This document shows, piece after piece, positions 1 through 13,100 of a stretch of 64,000 nt of DNA. The position numbers and the translations under genes are program-made. The notes beneath the pieces are model-generated. The model saw only the letters and a list, made by a program, of their open reading frames with translations, was not told the DNA's origin and searched no databases. The stretch comes from Lama glama (taxonomy: Eukaryota), in assembly GCA_028534125.1 (NCBI GenBank), contig CM052822.1:16740001-16804000 (forward strand), written 5' to 3'. Positions within the stretch are counted from its first letter, which is position 1; each line of letters starts with the position of its first letter.

Positions 1-1072
1 TAATATAAAAAGAAAACTTCCATGGAAGCCATAATCCTTAAAGTCTTTAGCAGAAAAATAACCATACAAACTCTGATGCTTTACAAAGGGCAAATGTCCC
101 ACTGCTTTTTTCTGAAGACCATGAAATTATCCCAATACTTTTATATGGTCATCTGTACTTATACACAAGCCATCCCACTTTCATCTCATGATTTTGCAAG
201 TGATTTGATAAACAAGCTTTCCCAATCATTCTATATTATACTTCAAGTATTGCATAAATGGTTTCAAGCCATTTGACTTCTGTGATACTGTTAACTTATT
301 TGAATTAATGTAAAGTGTAGTGTAGGCTTCTCCTTTCCCCCTCCTTTTTATTTTTTTTTCAAGAATCCCACTTTCAGTCAAGCCCTTCTTACCAGATCCA
401 ACAAGGATGGAATTTCAAAGGCGATTACAAATTTAGATAACCAAGCACATGCTGTCTCTTCATAAAAAATCACTGCTTACTTAGGCTTCTGAAATCAAGA
501 AGGATACCCTATGGAAAAATGAAAAATCTATTGTCTTTCTTTGTTCACCATTTTTAATAGAAAAGATGTTTTAAGGTCTGTCAGGAAAATAAATAATGGG
601 AAAAATAACTGTACCTTAAAAATTTTTTTTCAAATCTTCCCCAAAATATAAACAGAACAAAGACATAAACGGGATTACAATGCATATGCTCACATCTGCC
701 CTCCAAACACACTTTTTATGGAGAAGTTATAAAGAAGAAAAGTTACCCATTAATATATGGCATGCATCAGCAGTGCACTGGTGGGCTTAAACTTGGTTTT
801 GAGTTATGTGTATATACAGATAAATCTCTTCCTGAGTTGAGCTTCGTCTTCAGTTGAGACCCAAACCATCTGCTTTCCTATTTTTGGCAAGATACTTGAC
901 CACGTGATAAGGCAATCAAACACTTCAACCTCCTTCCCTTTTCAGCGGCACGGCCCTCCTCTGTGACATCACCAATGTGCCAGATATGAGGACAGGCTCT
1001 AAACTACAGTCCTGTAAAAACTAGAGAGCAAGTTTCTTTGTTCAGTAGTCTGAAGGCTATAGCACTGTCTTT
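1..1072 (-). other. ELAPOR2: ELAPOR2 3' UTR (probably continues beyond the window)
   Basis: Directly downstream of the TGA. It contains one AATAAA (347-352, in an A-rich run) and a Pumilio-type UGUAUAUA (811-818). The true 3' end cannot be determined. Confidence 0.75.
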
Positions 1073-1132
1073 TCATATATTTGGAGATCTTGAGGATTTC
1101 AGTTGAACAGATTCAAAATGGTCTTCTTTTTC
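1073..1132 (-). CDS. ELAPOR2: ELAPOR2 exon 22 coding part (last exon)
   Basis: ctatag|GAA AAA GAA ... AAT ATA TGA; [19 protein letters not shown]. Confidence 0.95.
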   Translation of the reverse strand, partial: EKEDHFESVQLKSSRSPNI

Positions 1133-4100
1133 CTATAGAAAAAAAATATTAAAACAAAATCAACTCACTAAAATTTCAGTAAGATTTTAGGATCTTATGT
1201 GTCCAGAGTAAGTTTTGGCAATCATTTTAATCCATGTATCTGCCACTTGTAATTAGGATTTTTACATTTACATTTACAGGAGGGTGGCAGACATAACGTA
1301 GATAGCATGCCCACCCCGAAGGATGCTGTTGATGTCCAAGATATAAGACACACAATCCAAAACAGAAGCAAATACCAAAAGATGTAGCTGTGATTCTTGT
1401 GAAGAAATCACTGAGGCCCTTTCTAAGGGGACATCTGATCCGTAAGGGGAAATAGATGATCTATCCATGCAAATTGTAGACAAAGTAGAACTGACAGTCA
1501 ACTAAATATTCTCGAGATAATGTAGGCTAAATAACAGTGAAAAAAAAGGACAGCAGAAATAAAGGGATTATCAATCAGACATAAAACCATTCGAGTTCAC
1601 TGATATGTTTTAGGAACATCTTTAGGGTAGGTGCCTACTAAAGATACTAAAAACTAAAAACGAGTCATCTCAGATAATAAATCAACATTTAATGCCAATA
1701 CATGATTTGGCATTTGTTACAAAATATATTCAAAAAGTAGCCTCTTAAGATAGACTATTCTTCTTCAAAGGAGAAAAAGAGAAGAGGTGAGCTTTCTCCC
1801 AATGTTCTCATTGTTAGACTTGGACAAAGCTTTCTGAAAGCGGCTGGAATGTGCTGCGGTTGGGGGACGGGCTACGCTATTGAAGTGAATAAAGATGAAG
1901 AAAATGTGGATTCCTTTAAAAATGAAGGAAATAGGAAGCAGATCAGTCCTGGGTGCAAATGGTTGTGGGTCTGAAGCAGAGAAGTGAAACAAGAAATAGA
2001 CACCGAGTATCTGTCCGGAAGAATAAGGTTGCTTTTATATATTCTCTCATTTGGGTGGAGAAGTCCAAAACAAAAAAGTTTAGAGCTACACAGTCAGGAT
2101 TATAGGGGAAAAAAAAAATCACAGCGTGAACGTGATACAATTCCTGCCACCAGGAAGTCCCAGTCAGTCAGTGGTGTGAACTGCACACACTTGCATGTAT
2201 ATATCCCACTCTAGCAGCCATAGAAGCAAAATGTGAACACAGAGGACATGGCAGCTAAAGCCCGAGGAAGCTAAGGGTTTCCAGTATTTTACTTTAAATA
2301 TTACCGTGAGGATAACCAACAGGTCTCTGCTTCCCCTCCCCATGGAACATGCTGAATCACATCTTCTCAAATCAAAGCCACAAAAATCTCCACTCTCCTT
2401 TCTAGATCATGGCTAATACCCTACAGCTCTTTCCTGTAATAACAGTATGAGCTTCCTGATGGCGGGCATTTTGTATCCCCTAAAGTCTAGCCCTGTTTCT
2501 ACTACACACTGGTGATTATTAAATATTTGAAGTATCATTGGTTATTCCAAAAAAATTAAGGCTGGTAAACGTGAGACTTGAGGCAAGCTCTCCTAGAGCC
2601 AGTAAGTTGGGACTGAGATCTACAGGTTTTTCTCCCAGGACTTGTCATCTCTGCAGAGGCAGGGAAATGGGATCTGTTGGTGTTCACGCTGTGATTTTTT
2701 TCCTATAATCCTGACCATGTAGCCATTCCCACTGCCATCAGTCGATTATTCCATGGAGTGGCCAGACACCACCCAGTCTGCAGCATGCACAAACAGGAAA
2801 AGTTGAACCAACTGCCCTGAAGCAGTCTCTCCAAAGACAAAGGGACACAATGGTTTGAGGTCAATTGGGAACTGTAAGGTTTACAAGCCAGCAGAGAGGT
2901 CACAGGCACCATCAACCAGTGCTGCCTAACTAAACAGGTCCCATTTGGGGTCCCCAACCATCGTAAATAATAGTTTCTTTCCAGAGGCACCATGTGCACC
3001 CTAGGGTGTACTTCTTGTGTAGAAACCAGGCATTAATTTCTCTCCCCAAAATAGTGTGGCTTGTATTTGAACCCCAGGAGTGATCGTAAATGGTCATAAT
3101 TCAACTGTTTATGGAAACATCCTCGATAGATCACGTAGCCCTTAGACAACTGCAAAGATCTTTTCAAAATAACTCCCCGTGGTTACTCAGACGAGGTTCC
3201 TGGAGGGACAACCGACTTGTTATTCATACTCACACTATAGGTAGTTATTCAATTAGAAAAGACAGGACAAAATTTGTCTCTGACTTTAGCTGAAGTAATG
3301 AATGACACCACTTCAGCCCCTGAAGGAATTCAGGTCAACATTAACCCCCTGTCTACACACTGTTAGGAACAATATAGTTGCCCTAAATATCCTCCTTGAG
3401 GCCCAAGACCAAGTCTGTGCAATCACTGAAATACTCTGTTGAATCCAGATTGTCTTGCTGGACTGTGATCATCCTAAATCAAAAGGATAATGACCACCCG
3501 GCTGAGTGTGCTGCTCACCAAGTCCCCCTACTGTGGCCTAGGTAGACAAAAGTGGGAGATACACTGGGTCTTGGTAAATTTTTGAAAATACCTTTTATCC
3601 TTTTCCATCTGAATCTTCTAGAGGAAAGAGCTCAGTACCAGTGGAAAGGTCTCAGGCTGAGTGGAGAGGGCAATGGAGGGACTTAAAGAGAAAGCCACCT
3701 AACTTCCTAACGTGGATCCTGATGATTCACGGAGTTTGTTCAGCTGTTTGGGCCTGGGACCGTGGTATGACTGAGGTCAATAATACAGGTTGGTCTGATC
3801 TTGCTGTTTAGTGTCTTGTTGGTAGTAGATTTATTTAGGTGCTTTATGATGCAAATTGACCAGATATGATTCCAGCCTCAGCTAGTCAGATTAATCAGAG
3901 TGGTCAGAGGAGCGGTGTACTAATGGGAAAATTTACCAGAAGCCAAGATGGTGCAGAAAGGAGGACTGGATTTTGTTGGGAGAAAATTCCCCATGGTTCT
4001 CTTGCATTTCTGCACAACTTACAAGAGAGACACTGATTGCCCTTTGTTCTGGACTACCTTTTTCAAAGTTCTTTGTATAGAAAGCAGCCTTTGAAGATAG

Positions 4101-7100
4101 AAATATCGACTCCTTCCAGAACAAAGGGCAGGCTTGCTTACAGTCTTGGAAATAGTGTTTCCGTCTGGAGCAATGAACAGGCATGCTACCTGTCGAGTAC
4201 AATAACAACAATATCTCCCTTTGGAATAAAGGACGGAGATGCTTACCGCCCATCCCAAAAGATAAAGGTTCCCAAAGTTTAAGGTTCCTTTCTGGTAACG
4301 CAGCCCACTGTGTGTACAAGAGTCATCTGTTCCATATAGCCCTGTAGGAAGTGAGGCTTGGAACTGGTATAAATGCTCATGTTCTGGTTAGTGCTTCTGC
4401 TGTGAGTGTCAAACTGTCCTTTGTCTCTGACCAGAAGTCTCATGTCTTCTAAGGTATTCATGAAACCATGGCAGGCTCACTTGTCAGCTTGCAAGCAGGG
4501 TAAAATCTAGGGCTTGACAATCACTGTACATTCATGATTCCATAGCAATAGTATCCTTCCAAACCACCACACTGAGAAAAATTAATCATTAGTGTAAGGG
4601 GAATAGGGCTTATTCATTTTATTTTTAAATACTTCCCTATTACATATTTATGTGCCTAAATTAGGAAATGATTGCTAAAACACTCTCAGTAAATATAATC
4701 TTTTGCCACTTGTACTTCCTGCTGAAAATCCTTTGAAATGAATTTTCTCTCTTCTGTTTCATTTTGGTTTTATTCCCGAGTAGGTAAACTGGTAATTTCT
4801 CATCTTTTAAGTCAATGGTGAAGAATGTCAATAGAAAGTTTACAAATAATATTTAGGGTTTCATGCTCTCTGTTTGGATACAGTAATCATTTCAAAGCCG
4901 GCAAATGTGATGGCATCTCAGAAGGTAATATCTCAACATTTAATATAACTTTCATTTTTCCTATATGAACAATCTTGTTGTGAAATAAAGTATAAATGAA
5001 TATGAGAACTTTTATTTACCTAAACTTTTTGGATTTTAATATTATATTATCTTTGTGAAAATTCAAATGTTACAAAAATGTATTACTGCAAAGACTAAAG
5101 ACATCCATTCAATCAAAACTCCCCAAAAGCAGCTACTGTTAGTGGTTCCCCACTCAAACACCAGCAATAGAAATGAGACCATCTGTTGTGTTGTTTACAC
5201 TTTATCTTGGACCTACTGAGGTATCAATACACTTAGCTACCTCAATCTTTAACAGCTGCACAGGTGCACAGTGATTCCATTATTTTGATATATGGAAATT
5301 TCTTATCTAACTCCTTACTGATGGGATTTAAGACTGTTTCTACTTGGGTTAACCCACAAAAACAATGCCATAGTGAATATTTTTGTATTTACATCCTTAT
5401 GTACCTCTTAGAGTATTTCTGTTGAATAAATACCCACAGAAATATAGACATGCTGAATGAGAGGGCTTGTGTGAATGCTGCTGTTAGGTTAATATGGCCC
5501 TTTATTTACAAATGCACGGTAATACCAGGTTAAAATTCTTCTCTCACCTTTGTTGCCAAGGATTTGAGTTTTCGCAGTAGCGACTGTTTATTGGAATATA
5601 CAACTTCCTCTTCATTATCTTCTCCTTCCATGATAGCACAACTGTCTGCAGCTGGGAGTTCACACTCTTTTGAGTTAGTTGTCATTACTAATTTGGAATA
5701 TTTGTACTCCAGTCTAAGTGGTGGTAAATAAACAAACAGATAGAAAAAGTGACTGTTTAATATAACTTAATACTTATTTGGGGTGGTCATACACCAGCTA
5801 ATTAAATTGTCTTGTAGTACAGTTACTCCACCAACAATTCCCCTCACAGCCATAGCACCACATGTTTTCACTTATGTACCATCAACACACAAATCTTTTC
5901 CAGAATTTCAGAGAATCAGTGTAATATGGTTAACTCTATCACTTATTTTATACACTGACTAAATTGTCCAATTATGATGAACTGTTGGAAAACAAAGAGA
6001 AAATTTGAGGTCTGGATTCATTTTCTTAGTTTACACATATTTGAAGACTAATTCACTAGGCAGTTTTCAAAACTTTAGTTTGGAAGAATGAGAATATTAT
6101 AGAGGCAAGTATTTGGTCTTTACTTTTTCTCTAAATCACTTGTTCCTTTCTACTCCCCATCCCTGATATTACAACTGTCCCTAGATAATACAAAAGAGAA
6201 CGTCCACAGCCTCATTTTAAAAGAGCCAAAGCACATAACTTATTAATATACCATCAGAGGTTAGGTTCAGTATTCAACTTCAGATTCTTGAAGTCCTGGA
6301 GTACGTAAGTGATACTTGCCTGTATACCTGGTCTGTTTCTTTGCAAATATCTACTCACAAGGAATTGAAAAAGGCAAGAAGGCAGCAAGTTGTCATGAAA
6401 AGAAAAAGACACAAGGAGAGAATCTGCCTTGCGTTCTCAACTCTGTAGCCGGAAGCCTCTTTTCTTTGTTTTATAACAAATAGGCCTAATTCAATTATCT
6501 CTAATGTTCTATGATCTCTGTTGTCAGAAAAATCACCTCTATTTGCTTTCTTTAAGTCCTTCCCTGTAACTCCTTCACTAGGAGAAATTTCTTGTGTCTC
6601 CAAGAGAAACTGTTTGGTATAATGATTAAGTCTAAAATTTTCACAACAAAAGAGATCCTTCAGTTCCTATAACAGAGGTTACTTACTTCTGATTCTTTTT
6701 CCAGAAGTAGCAAGTGAGGGCCACCAGCAAAACGGCTGTAAAAGCGCCCACACCTGCTCCCACTTTTAGCCAAAAGTCAACTGTTTCACAGGTTGATAAC
6801 TTTTTCTCAGGCAGAGAAATTCCTTTAATGCACCATTTAGGTTCATTCCATACATATAAGGTTTCCTTTGGAAAACAAAAACACACACAAACACAGATGA
6901 CATGAGAAATGAGGTTTAGAAGGAGAAGGGCTTTGCTGACCCTTTCTTCACAGTAGGCAAACAGGATTATTCAGCTTTCATCTAACAGAAGCTCCAGAAA
7001 GAGATGGAGAAGAGTGAGATTAAGGAGATGAATGAAAAGGCCAAAAAAAAAAAAAAAGAGAGAGAGAGAGAATTTTCAGACCAGAAGGCTTGCTATGTGC

Positions 7101-10100
7101 TGAAGAGGTTGTTGAATAAAAATGATTCCATCTGGATATCTCATTTGAGCTATTTTCCCCAGACTTCTGATGATCCCTGACTTCTTAATCATGTTTTTAA
7201 ATAAATGCTTAGGTTGTTTAATATAACTAACTGGAATAGGTTTCACCCACTCATCATGTAGGTCCATGTCCCCCAAAAGCCTCTCGCCTAAGTGGAAGAG
7301 CAGGCCTTGGACCCAGGACACAGAGGTGCACCATGACTGGCAGGCATGCAGACTGCACCCTCTTCTACAGGCCAAAATCAGCAGGGCGTTATTCTTGGTC
7401 ACCACCACCCACATGAGGTACTTACTCTCATCCTCCCAATTTTGGGGGGGGGGGCAATATTTTCAAACATTGCAACTAACAAATGAAGAATACTGGGTCT
7501 CAACCAGCATTTTTTTAAAAATAAGCAGATCAAATAAAACAGATCAGAAACCAAAATCAGAGTACAGTGCATGGTTCCTTAAATATTTCAGTATATACAG
7601 TGGGCAGAGGCAATCTGCATGATGATTATACCCACTGACATTACATGACATGAGGCATTACATTTTTTGTTCCTTGTGTCTTATTAAATTTTCTGGTGAA
7701 TGGTGGTCACTTTATCAACACCCTACCAGAAGCATAAAACTATAATGTTTAATTTCATACACACAGAAACACACACACACTTTTACAGTCAGTCTTCAAG
7801 TGAATGATGTACAGGAGAATCCTATTTAAAATAATCCTACTTTACTTTGATGAAAAGTTTCAACCAAGATAAGAACTTTCAACATATTTTTTAGAAAGGA
7901 CGTTAGCCACTGAAAAATTTCTTGTGTAGCATTTTCATTAAATTTAGTGTGAAAAAAACTATTTTTAAAATGGCTCACATGATTTTTATACAAAGGATGA
8001 GGTGAGAAATGAGGAGGCATGAGCAAGTTGGACAGCTGCCTCTCTACATGGAAATAATGACAATAAAGAGGAAGACGTGAGCTGTAGTCGGCAAACACTG
8101 ATTTCATCGGAAGGGCATTCCAACAAGAAAAAAAAAGAAAAAACACTGGGAAAGAGTTTATATGGTTGTATCAAATGCGCCAATGAAAATGGCAAGCGCT
8201 AATGTCCAATAAACATCTCAGAAATGAGCCATTAAAACCTCAAAATTATTCAGGCATGTACTTCTAAAGCCAGAATTCTTAAGTTATCAATAAGCCCCTC
8301 AAATTGTTTACAAAAAAAAAAAAATCAAGCTATTGGCAGAATTTTTTAGTCATTAAGCAACTTGGTTGTTCTATAAATTTCTTAGTCATCTGATTAAATT
8401 AGGAAGCTTTATCCCCTAATCATTAAGTCACATGTCACTGGCAAACAAGAAAGCAGCTGACACTGCAGCAGAAAAATGTGTTTTTCCAGCATCAGGGATA
8501 CTTTGTGGACAGGGTGAGATCAATTTGATGATAAAGGTAAAAACATTCCTCTTAGTGATAACACAGTATCTCTTCAAATCTTTACTACTGTGTAACATTT
8601 AGAAGGAACACTTAATACGTACTTAGAACCTGGTATAGATTTTTGAGATCCAATTTGATAAGAGCACTTTTATCACAAGTCATGTAGCTCTTTTCATTTC
8701 TATCAGCTCTATGTGGAAGACTAGTTGTGTGTAAATTTAACTTCAAGCACATCAGGATTAGATGCCTTTACAGAATTGGGAAAGCGGGACTCAGTCAATA
8801 TAAAATGAAAAATTGTAAAGGATAGAGAGGCAATAGGATAGAAACACAGCAGATTTATTAAAAATTAAAACATATCCATCACTATATTTTGCAATCATTG
8901 TTTTTTTCTATCATAAGGCTTTGGCATCCCAAGAAATCAACCCTTGTTGATTACGTTCATGGACATAATGGAAAAGGCAGGGAAAGTTGTCACTTGTATT
9001 ACAGAAAGCTCACTGAAGAGCAGACTTTTTGAAATATTTTATTCAGAGATTGGAGGTGAGCAGACTGCATCAAATCCATTTGCTTGTTATCGCAATGAAA
9101 TACACAAGGAAGGACATTCATATTTTTCTAGTTAAAGCTCAATTTCATTTGGCAAATATTTTCAAAACTAACATCTAACAGAAGGGCATGTTTAACTGAT
9201 TTTGTTATTTCTCAAATTAAGTTTGGAACCATAGCAGGGAAGTTTATACCTCAACATGTAAAATACGACAGAATGTTCTGCAAGATATTATTCTTAAAGC
9301 AAAAATAAACATTTGAAAAGCATCACCTCACAACTGTCTGTTGCTAACATTCTTCTAAGATATTGAACAGAGGTTTTTTAATGACAGCAGTTTGAATGAG
9401 ATAAAACTAGAGAAACTGTTGCTACCTCACTGTCTTAAACTTCTAATCATTACTTCCAGAACAGAAATGTTAAATATTAAAGTCTTTGGATAAAAGGTCA
9501 TTTTGCTTTGCAAAACTCCTAAGTTAAACTTGGTGGCCAAAGAAGGGAATGCATCTTTTGTTTTTCATTTACTCTAAAAAAAATTATTGTAATATATAGT
9601 TTATCATAATTTTAGAGAAAAGGTACAGATGAATTTTCACTGTGAAGCATAAAAAGTGTATGATTATTATTACAAGGATTAAAAAATTTTTTTTGCAAGA
9701 CTAGAATTTTCATCCCTGACCCACTTAAAAATTAAAAAGAAACCAGCTCAACAGTGCCTTAGATGTGTAAGCAGCACCGTCTCTCAGAGCTCTAGGCTGG
9801 AATGAGCTACCTACGGGTAAGCACACTTACTGAACTTAAACACCTTCTAATTTTCACTTAAATGTCTTCTACTTGGGGACTTTTCTATTCTGTATTAATT
9901 AATAAAAACTCATTTTATATTATTATGCCTATATTTTATCATAAAATATGAAAATAAGCACTGTTTCATAAAACAATTTTATTTTTAGGCATGTCTCCGT
10001 GTTTGAGTTTGTGTCTGTGTACTAGGCTTGATGTACAACGTATTTCTTACTACAGGTTCACTGTCCTTCAAGTTTGAAAAATTGGTTTGGTTTTTTTTTC

Positions 10101-13100
10101 CTTAGAAGTGGACACTACTACTTCCAAATATGCTAAATGTACAAGACTGGGTGGGGGCATTCGGATTTCCTCTCACATTTTTGCCCTCCAACTTGCCAAC
10201 TAGAAGCTCTTTTTAAGACTTCTCTGGACAGAATGGCTTCTCCTCACTGCTCCCCTTATACAATCAACATTCGAGCACGTTCCTCCACTCCATGATGACC
10301 CAAAAGTCAGTACGATCCCATCCACCATCTAGATCTCAGAAATCCCATTGGAATCTCTGATCCCCACTCTCCAACAGGGTCCCCACCTCTGGTGCTGATT
10401 TATTGTCTCATCTGTGCTTCTTTAGTGTCATTTCAATGGACTGCAGGACAGTAAGGTGGTGAGTCAGTCATCTTGAAGGAGGAAAGTTTGTATTTTTATA
10501 TGGTACTAATCAGAGCTGATGCAATGAAGTAGGCATTCTCAAACACCACTAGCAGAACAAATTGGACAACCCAAGCAATTCAGTAGTAAGTATCAAGAAC
10601 CTTAAAAATGTCTATCTTCTTGAATTCAATTAATCTCTTTCTAGTTATAAACTCCAAGGAAATAATCAAATGTCCAACAAAGATGTTCATGACAGAGTTA
10701 TTTACAAAAAGATGGTTTTCAATTTTTTTCCTAAATATACAACAGGGGAATTAGTCGATCTCAAATTGTATACATAATAAAACATTTGTTAGTAACTAAA
10801 AGTATATTTTAAAAATGTAATGACAAGGGAAATATAGTAAATGTAAAAAGGAAACAAAAGATATAGACAGTAGGACCCCAACTTTATTTTAAAAAACAAA
10901 GAAGCAAACAAATGATTGCAGAGAAAATACAGAGTAAGATCTTGGTTTATACTATGTATCTCCTTTACTCTCTAGATATCTTCTTGTGAAGTCAACTATA
11001 CCATCCTCATCTTAATTATACCCATAACTACACTATATAAGTCACACCTTACTTTAATCATATCATTTCTTTATAATCTGGGTAAATATATACATAGTCT
11101 ACAACTCCCTTGCTACAATTACTTTTCCCAATTCCAGTACACATCTTCAGCTACCTCAGCATATGGGAGTTTAGCTATCAAACTTGATTTTAAATACATA
11201 TTAATATCACATCAGGTTAAATATAACCTTTAGCCATGCTACTGAATCTAAGTTTCTATAATGTAAGTGACGCTGGGCTAAGCAATTACACCTTCAGTGA
11301 CACAGGTCTACTTAGAGAGGTTTGCCCCTTACCTGAAATCCTCTCTTACAGGCTCCCTCAATCTCATGAAAGTCATGTTCTGTGCACAGAGGGCAAGCTT
11401 CAGCACTCTCCCAGAGGAAATAGAACGTACATCCATCACAGGTGCCTGCTGGACACTTGCTGAAAGAAAACATGAAAGACAACAAAAACAACAGCTTTCT
11501 TAACACATTTAATTGCATTCAATCAACAGTTGAGTGGACACTGCACACTGGGAAGCAAGGTGTGGGTGCTGAGGAAACACATGAAAAATAATCTAAAGGC
11601 GACAAAACCACAAGGAGATACTACTTTGCACCTACCAGGATGGCTAGCATCAAAAAGACAGCTAATATCAGGTGTTGTAAAGATGTGGGGAAACTGGAAT
11701 CCTCAACACCTCTGATGGGAATACAAAATGGTGCAGCTTTGGAAGAATCTGGCANNNNNNNNNNNNNNNNNNNNNNNNNNNNNNNNNNNNNNNNNNNNNN
11801 NNNNNNNNNNNNNNNNNNNNNNNNNNNNNNNNNNNNNNNNNNNNNNNNNNNNNNNNNNNNNNNNNNNNNNNNNNNNNNNNNNNNNNNNNNNNNNNNNNNN
11901 NNNNNNNNNNNNNNNNNNNNNNNNNNNNNNNNNNNNNNNNNNNNNNNNNNNNNNNNNNNNNNNNNNNNNNNNNNNNNNNNNNNAGTACTGATACATGCCC
12001 CAAATTAGATGAACCTCAGAAATAGTATGCTGAGTGAACGAACTCAATCAAAAACAGCAAGGTCCTACTGAATAGCATGGGGAACTAACTATATTCAATA
12101 CCTTGTAATAGCCTAGAATGAAAAAGAATATGAAAATATATCGAATCACTGTTATACACTAGAAATTAACACAACACTGTAAACCAACTATCCTTCAATT
12201 TTTTAAAAGTCCATACACAACATTATTTAGATAAAAGTCCATAATAGGGAATTCCACATAAACAGAAAGTAGTTTAATGGTTGTCTTGGGCTATGGAGGG
12301 GGCTAAAGTACAGGGAAGTAATAGCTAAAGGGTATGGGGTTTCTTTATGGGCTGATGAAAATGTTCTAGAGTTTACTATGGTGATGGTTGCATCTACCTA
12401 AATAATATACAATGACCATTGAGCTGTATGCTTTAAATGAGTGAACTGTAATGGTATGTGAATTACATCTCTATAAAACTATTTTCTTTTAATTTAAAGG
12501 AGAAATAGGTACAGATAATGACAAAAAAAAAAAACCTCCAGTAAAGTTTCTGACTGGAAGTGATGTCTAAGCCGAGTCTAGAATATTCTAGGAGTTAGAT
12601 GAAACAGAAGAGAAGAAAGCAAGCGAATTCTTGCCAGAGAGAGGAAACAGTAGATGAAATTACCAGAGGTCACTGTCACTGGAGCTTCAAGAGCAAGGCC
12701 ATGAATGAGCACTGGGCATAGAGGCATTAGATGGTGAAAGTTGTTGTGATTTCTGTCTGAGGTAATATACACAGGTGAGGTGCTTTAGGACAAACAGGAC
12801 CATGATATCCACAGAGGATGGGAGAAAGACATGAGAACAAAATTGTCTAATGTGAAAAAACCACCATCAGGCCAACACACAGCTCAGTGACGTAACTGAT
12901 TTCACGATCCTGAGTTTCCTCGGCCTGAGGATGACTTCGTTCATGATGTGGATACCCTCACCACTCGGTGATAATGGGTGGGGCTTAGACAAAGGTGCAG
13001 AATTGCACTGAACCAAACACCAAGTAGAGCCTGAATGGAGACTTTTTGAAATTCTCCTTTCTGATGAATGGGCCAATTATGTTAACTTTGCCTCTTTCAT

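Larger units (their letters stand above)
11590..12485 (+). mobile_element. L1MB/MC-type 3' end interrupted by an N gap and by a younger L1 tail
   Basis: aaaaccacaaggagatactac...gatgtggggaaactggaatcctc; ...gggtatggggtttctttatgggctgatgaaaatgttct...tatgtgaattacatctc. Confidence 0.8.

Noticed and set aside
11640-12047. ORFs containing long X runs (also near 16643-16898 and 38419-38772)
   Set aside because: Artefacts of N gaps, apart from the real exon 9 fragment.
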